This document shows positions 21,876-24,000 of a stretch of 24,000 nucleotides of DNA, piece by piece. The translations under genes were made by a program, and so were the position numbers. Source of the stretch: Rhodococcus sp. NPDC127527 (lineage in GTDB: Bacteria; Actinomycetota; Actinomycetes; Mycobacteriales; Mycobacteriaceae); NCBI RefSeq assembly GCF_042672245.1, contig NZ_JBHXVP010000003.1, forward strand, positions 58,013-82,012. Reading direction: 5' to 3'. Position 1 is the first letter of the stretch. Each line of letters begins with the position of its first letter. The notes beneath the pieces were generated by a model. It searched no databases and was not told the origin of the DNA. It was given only the letters and a program-made list of their open reading frames with translations.

Positions 21876-23135
21876 ATGCGCTCGGTTGAGGAGCAGCAGA
21901 CCAGGGTGACCGCTGCCGCGGTCGCGCCCCGGCCGGTGCGCGTAGCGATCTCCGAGGCACAGGGCCTGTTGTGCGCGGAGGAAGTGGTCACCGAGCGTCC
22001 CCTACCTGGATTCGACCAGGCCGCCATCGACGGCTACGCCGTGCGAAGCGTGGATGTGGCCGGTGCGGGTGGCGACGTGCGCGGCGAGGACGGTGAGCCG
22101 ATCGAGGTGACCCTCCCGGTGGTGGGGGAGGTCTCGGCCGGGTCCCGGCAGCCGACCCGGCTGCAGCCGCGTCAGGCCGTGCGCGTGGACACCGGCGCGC
22201 CGCTGCCGACCCTCGCGGACGCCGTACTTCCGCTCGATCGCACCGACGGCGGGCAGAACCGGGTGCGGGTGCTGGCCCCGGTCCGCTCGGGCGACTACGT
22301 CCGCCGGATCGGCGACGACGTTCAGCCCGGCGACGTCGCGGTGCGCGCGGGCACGATCATCGGCGCCGCCCAGGTGGGCCTGCTCGCGGCGGTCGGGCGG
22401 GACAAGGTGCTCGTGCACCCCCGGCCCCGGCTGTCGGTGATCACCGTCGGCGGCGAACTCGTCGACGTCGACAGGACGCCGGGTCCCGGCCAGGTGTACG
22501 ACGTGAACTCGTACGCGCTCGCCGCGGCCGCCCGAGACGCCGGCGCCGACGTGAACCGGGTCGGGATCGCCGGCAACGACCCGCGCCGGTTGCGCGAGGT
22601 GGTCGAGGGACAGCTGATCCGGTCGGAGATCGTGATCATCGCGGGCGCGGTCGGCGGCGGGGCCTCCGACCAGGTCCGCGAGGCTCTGCGTGAGCTCGGC
22701 GATCTCGAGGTCGAGCGGGTGGCGATGCACCCCGGCTCGGTTCAGGGCTTCGGGCAGCTCGGCCGCGACGAGGTGCCGACCTTCCTGCTGCCGTCCAACC
22801 CGGTGAGCGCGCTGGTCGTGTTCGAGGTGATGGTCCGGCCCCTGATTCGTATCGCCCTGGGTCGTCGGCAGCCGATGCGCCGGATCGTGACCGCTCGGAC
22901 GGTCGCGCCGATCACCTCGATCGAGAAGCGCAAGGGATTCCTTCGCGGACAGCTGATGCGGGACGAGTCGACGGGGGAGTACCTGGTTCAGGCGCTCGGC
23001 GGCGCGCCGGGCGCTTCCTCGCATCTGCTCGCCACCCTGGCCGAGGCGAACTGCCTGGTCCTCGTCGACCCCGACGTCACCGAGATCCGAACCGGGGATC
23101 AGGTGGACGTGGCCTTCCTCGCGCAGCGGGGCTGA
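21876..23135 (+). CDS. moeA: Molybdopterin molybdenumtransferase MoeA
   Basis: MRSVEEQQTRV is a typical MoeA start (RBS GGGAGG at 21860-21865). Also PLPGFDQAAIDGYAVRS, GDYVRRIGDDV, VYDVNSYALAAA and the MoeA C-terminal beta-barrel domain. Confidence 0.9.
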   Translation: MRSVEEQQTRVTAAAVAPRPVRVAISEAQGLLCAEEVVTERPLPGFDQAAIDGYAVRSVDVAGAGGDVRGEDGEPIEVTLPVVGEVSAGSRQPTRLQPRQAVRVDTGAPLPTLADAVLPLDRTDGGQNRVRVLAPVRSGDYVRRIGDDVQPGDVAVRAGTIIGAAQVGLLAAVGRDKVLVHPRPRLSVITVGGELVDVDRTPGPGQVYDVNSYALAAAARDAGADVNRVGIAGNDPRRLREVVEGQLIRSEIVIIAGAVGGGASDQVREALRELGDLEVERVAMHPGSVQGFGQLGRDEVPTFLLPSNPVSALVVFEVMVRPLIRIALGRRQPMRRIVTARTVAPITSIEKRKGFLRGQLMRDESTGEYLVQALGGAPGASSHLLATLAEANCLVLVDPDVTEIRTGDQVDVAFLAQRG

Positions 23136-23139
23136 CGTC

Positions 23140-23796
23140 GTGGCGACGCCACTGCGCCGGTACACCGTCCATCCGGGCTGGCCCGCCGAGCTGGGACCGC
23201 TCGTCGTGAGTGCGGGGCGGGTGACGCTGCGGCCGATCCGGTTGCGCGATGCCGCCGCCTGGAGTCGGATTCGAATTCGGGACCAGGAACATCTCCGGCC
23301 GTGGGAACCGACCGGCGAGGGCCCGTGGGACGCGCGGCACCACATCGGTAACTGGCCGGGCCTGTGCTCCGCGCTGCGGTCGGAGGCACGCAAGGGGCGG
23401 ATGTTGCCCATGGTGATCGAGCTGGATGGCAAGTTCTGCGGACAGCTGACGATCGGCAACATTATCCGCGGGGCACTGCGCTCGGCCTGGATCGGTTACT
23501 GGGTGACCAAGGAGGTCGGCGGTCAGGGGGTTGCGACGGCGGCGCTCGCCCTCGGCCTCGATCATGGCTTCTCGGCGGTCGGCCTGCACCGGATCGAGGC
23601 GACGGTCCGGCCGGAGAACGCCGCGAGCCAGGCGGTGCTGCGGAATGTCGGCTTCCGGGAGGAGGGGCTGTTGCGTCGATACCTCGACGTCGACGGTGCC
23701 TGGCGTGACCACCTGCTGGTGGCGATCACGATCGAGGAAGTCGAGGCCACGGTCGTGGACCGGTTGGTGCGGTCGGGCAAGGCGACCTGGGGCTGA
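23140..23796 (+). CDS. rimJ: GNAT-family N-acetyltransferase, RimJ/RimL type (Rv0995 position)
   Basis: LRPIRLRDAAAW...WIGYWV....GQGVATAAL...F...GLHRIEATVRPEN.AS..VLRNVGFREEGLLRRYL.VDG.WRDH is a GNAT acetyl-CoA-binding core. GTG start 5 nt after the moeA stop. Confidence 0.8.
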   Translation: MATPLRRYTVHPGWPAELGPLVVSAGRVTLRPIRLRDAAAWSRIRIRDQEHLRPWEPTGEGPWDARHHIGNWPGLCSALRSEARKGRMLPMVIELDGKFCGQLTIGNIIRGALRSAWIGYWVTKEVGGQGVATAALALGLDHGFSAVGLHRIEATVRPENAASQAVLRNVGFREEGLLRRYLDVDGAWRDHLLVAITIEEVEATVVDRLVRSGKATWG

Positions 23797-24000
23797 GTGG
23801 TCCTGGTTACCTTTCCGCTACCCGGTGTGCAGGGATGCGGCAGTAGTGACTAATGTGGCATGTGGGAAAGGTGAGTCGGCGCGTCTGCGGGGAACAGCAC
23901 GCCGAGACAACTAGCCTGGGCATGCCACTTCGGTCAGGCGTGCTGGTGACAGCCGTGCCAACAGACGACGGAGAGGGAGGGTCGCCGACATGCCGAACTC

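Noticed and set aside
23797-24000. Non-coding tail after rimJ with short inverted repeats (GTGGCATG / CATGCCAC) and a possible gene start (ATG at 23990 after GGAGAGGGAGGG)
   Set aside because: Only 11 nt of the putative ORF lie inside the window, so it is too little to call. The inverted repeats are short and widely spaced, and there is no tRNA-like or known ncRNA pattern.
1-24000. CRISPR arrays, rRNA or tRNA genes, insertion sequences and toxin-antitoxin pairs
   Set aside because: I saw no regularly spaced direct repeats, no cloverleaf-like segments in the intergenic regions, and no transposase, integrase or TA-like small gene pairs on either strand.

Overview
This is a high-GC (roughly 68-70%) actinobacterial chromosome segment. 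By gene content and order it most likely comes from a mycolic-acid-containing Mycobacteriales genus (Rhodococcus/Nocardia/Gordonia-like); I cannot assign a species. From memory of the M. tuberculosis map, gene order is colinear with Rv0958-Rv0959 at the left end and with Rv0981-Rv0985c and Rv0990c-Rv0995 on the right. Left to right the window holds: a ChlI-like AAA+ ATPase plus VWA partner; an AEC-family transporter; a lipoprotein; and a zinc-independent alternative ribosomal protein island. That island is rpmB2-rpmG-rpsN2-rpsR2 diverging from a degenerate COG0523 (Rv0106/Mrf-like) gene plus rpmE2, with two Zur-box-like palindromes between them. Next come cycA plus a UPF0126/TRIC-like membrane protein, then mprA-mprB-pepD with MprA-box direct repeats, then moaB2. 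A roughly 3.7 kb block follows with four MspA-family porin genes arranged as a tandemly duplicated two-gene cassette (A1-B1, A2-B2). The window ends with mscL, a SAF-domain protein, a Ruc-like zinc-ribbon chaperone behind a CIRCE-like operator, 5-formyl-THF cyclo-ligase, galU, moeA and rimJ. I found no rRNA, tRNA, CRISPR array, transposase, integrase or phage gene. The most interesting region is the porin block. It has two alternating paralog types, mosaic identity that suggests gene conversion, a charge-swapped variable segment between the two B copies, and a Cys pair present in all four proteins. It sits where M. tuberculosis has moaB2 directly next to mscL. A second point worth checking is a high-GC3 small ORF with no canonical start codon immediately after the moaB2 stop. 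Everything else is a conserved housekeeping or stress locus with recognisable regulatory sites. All homology statements come from reading the translations against remembered family sequences. No database search was run.
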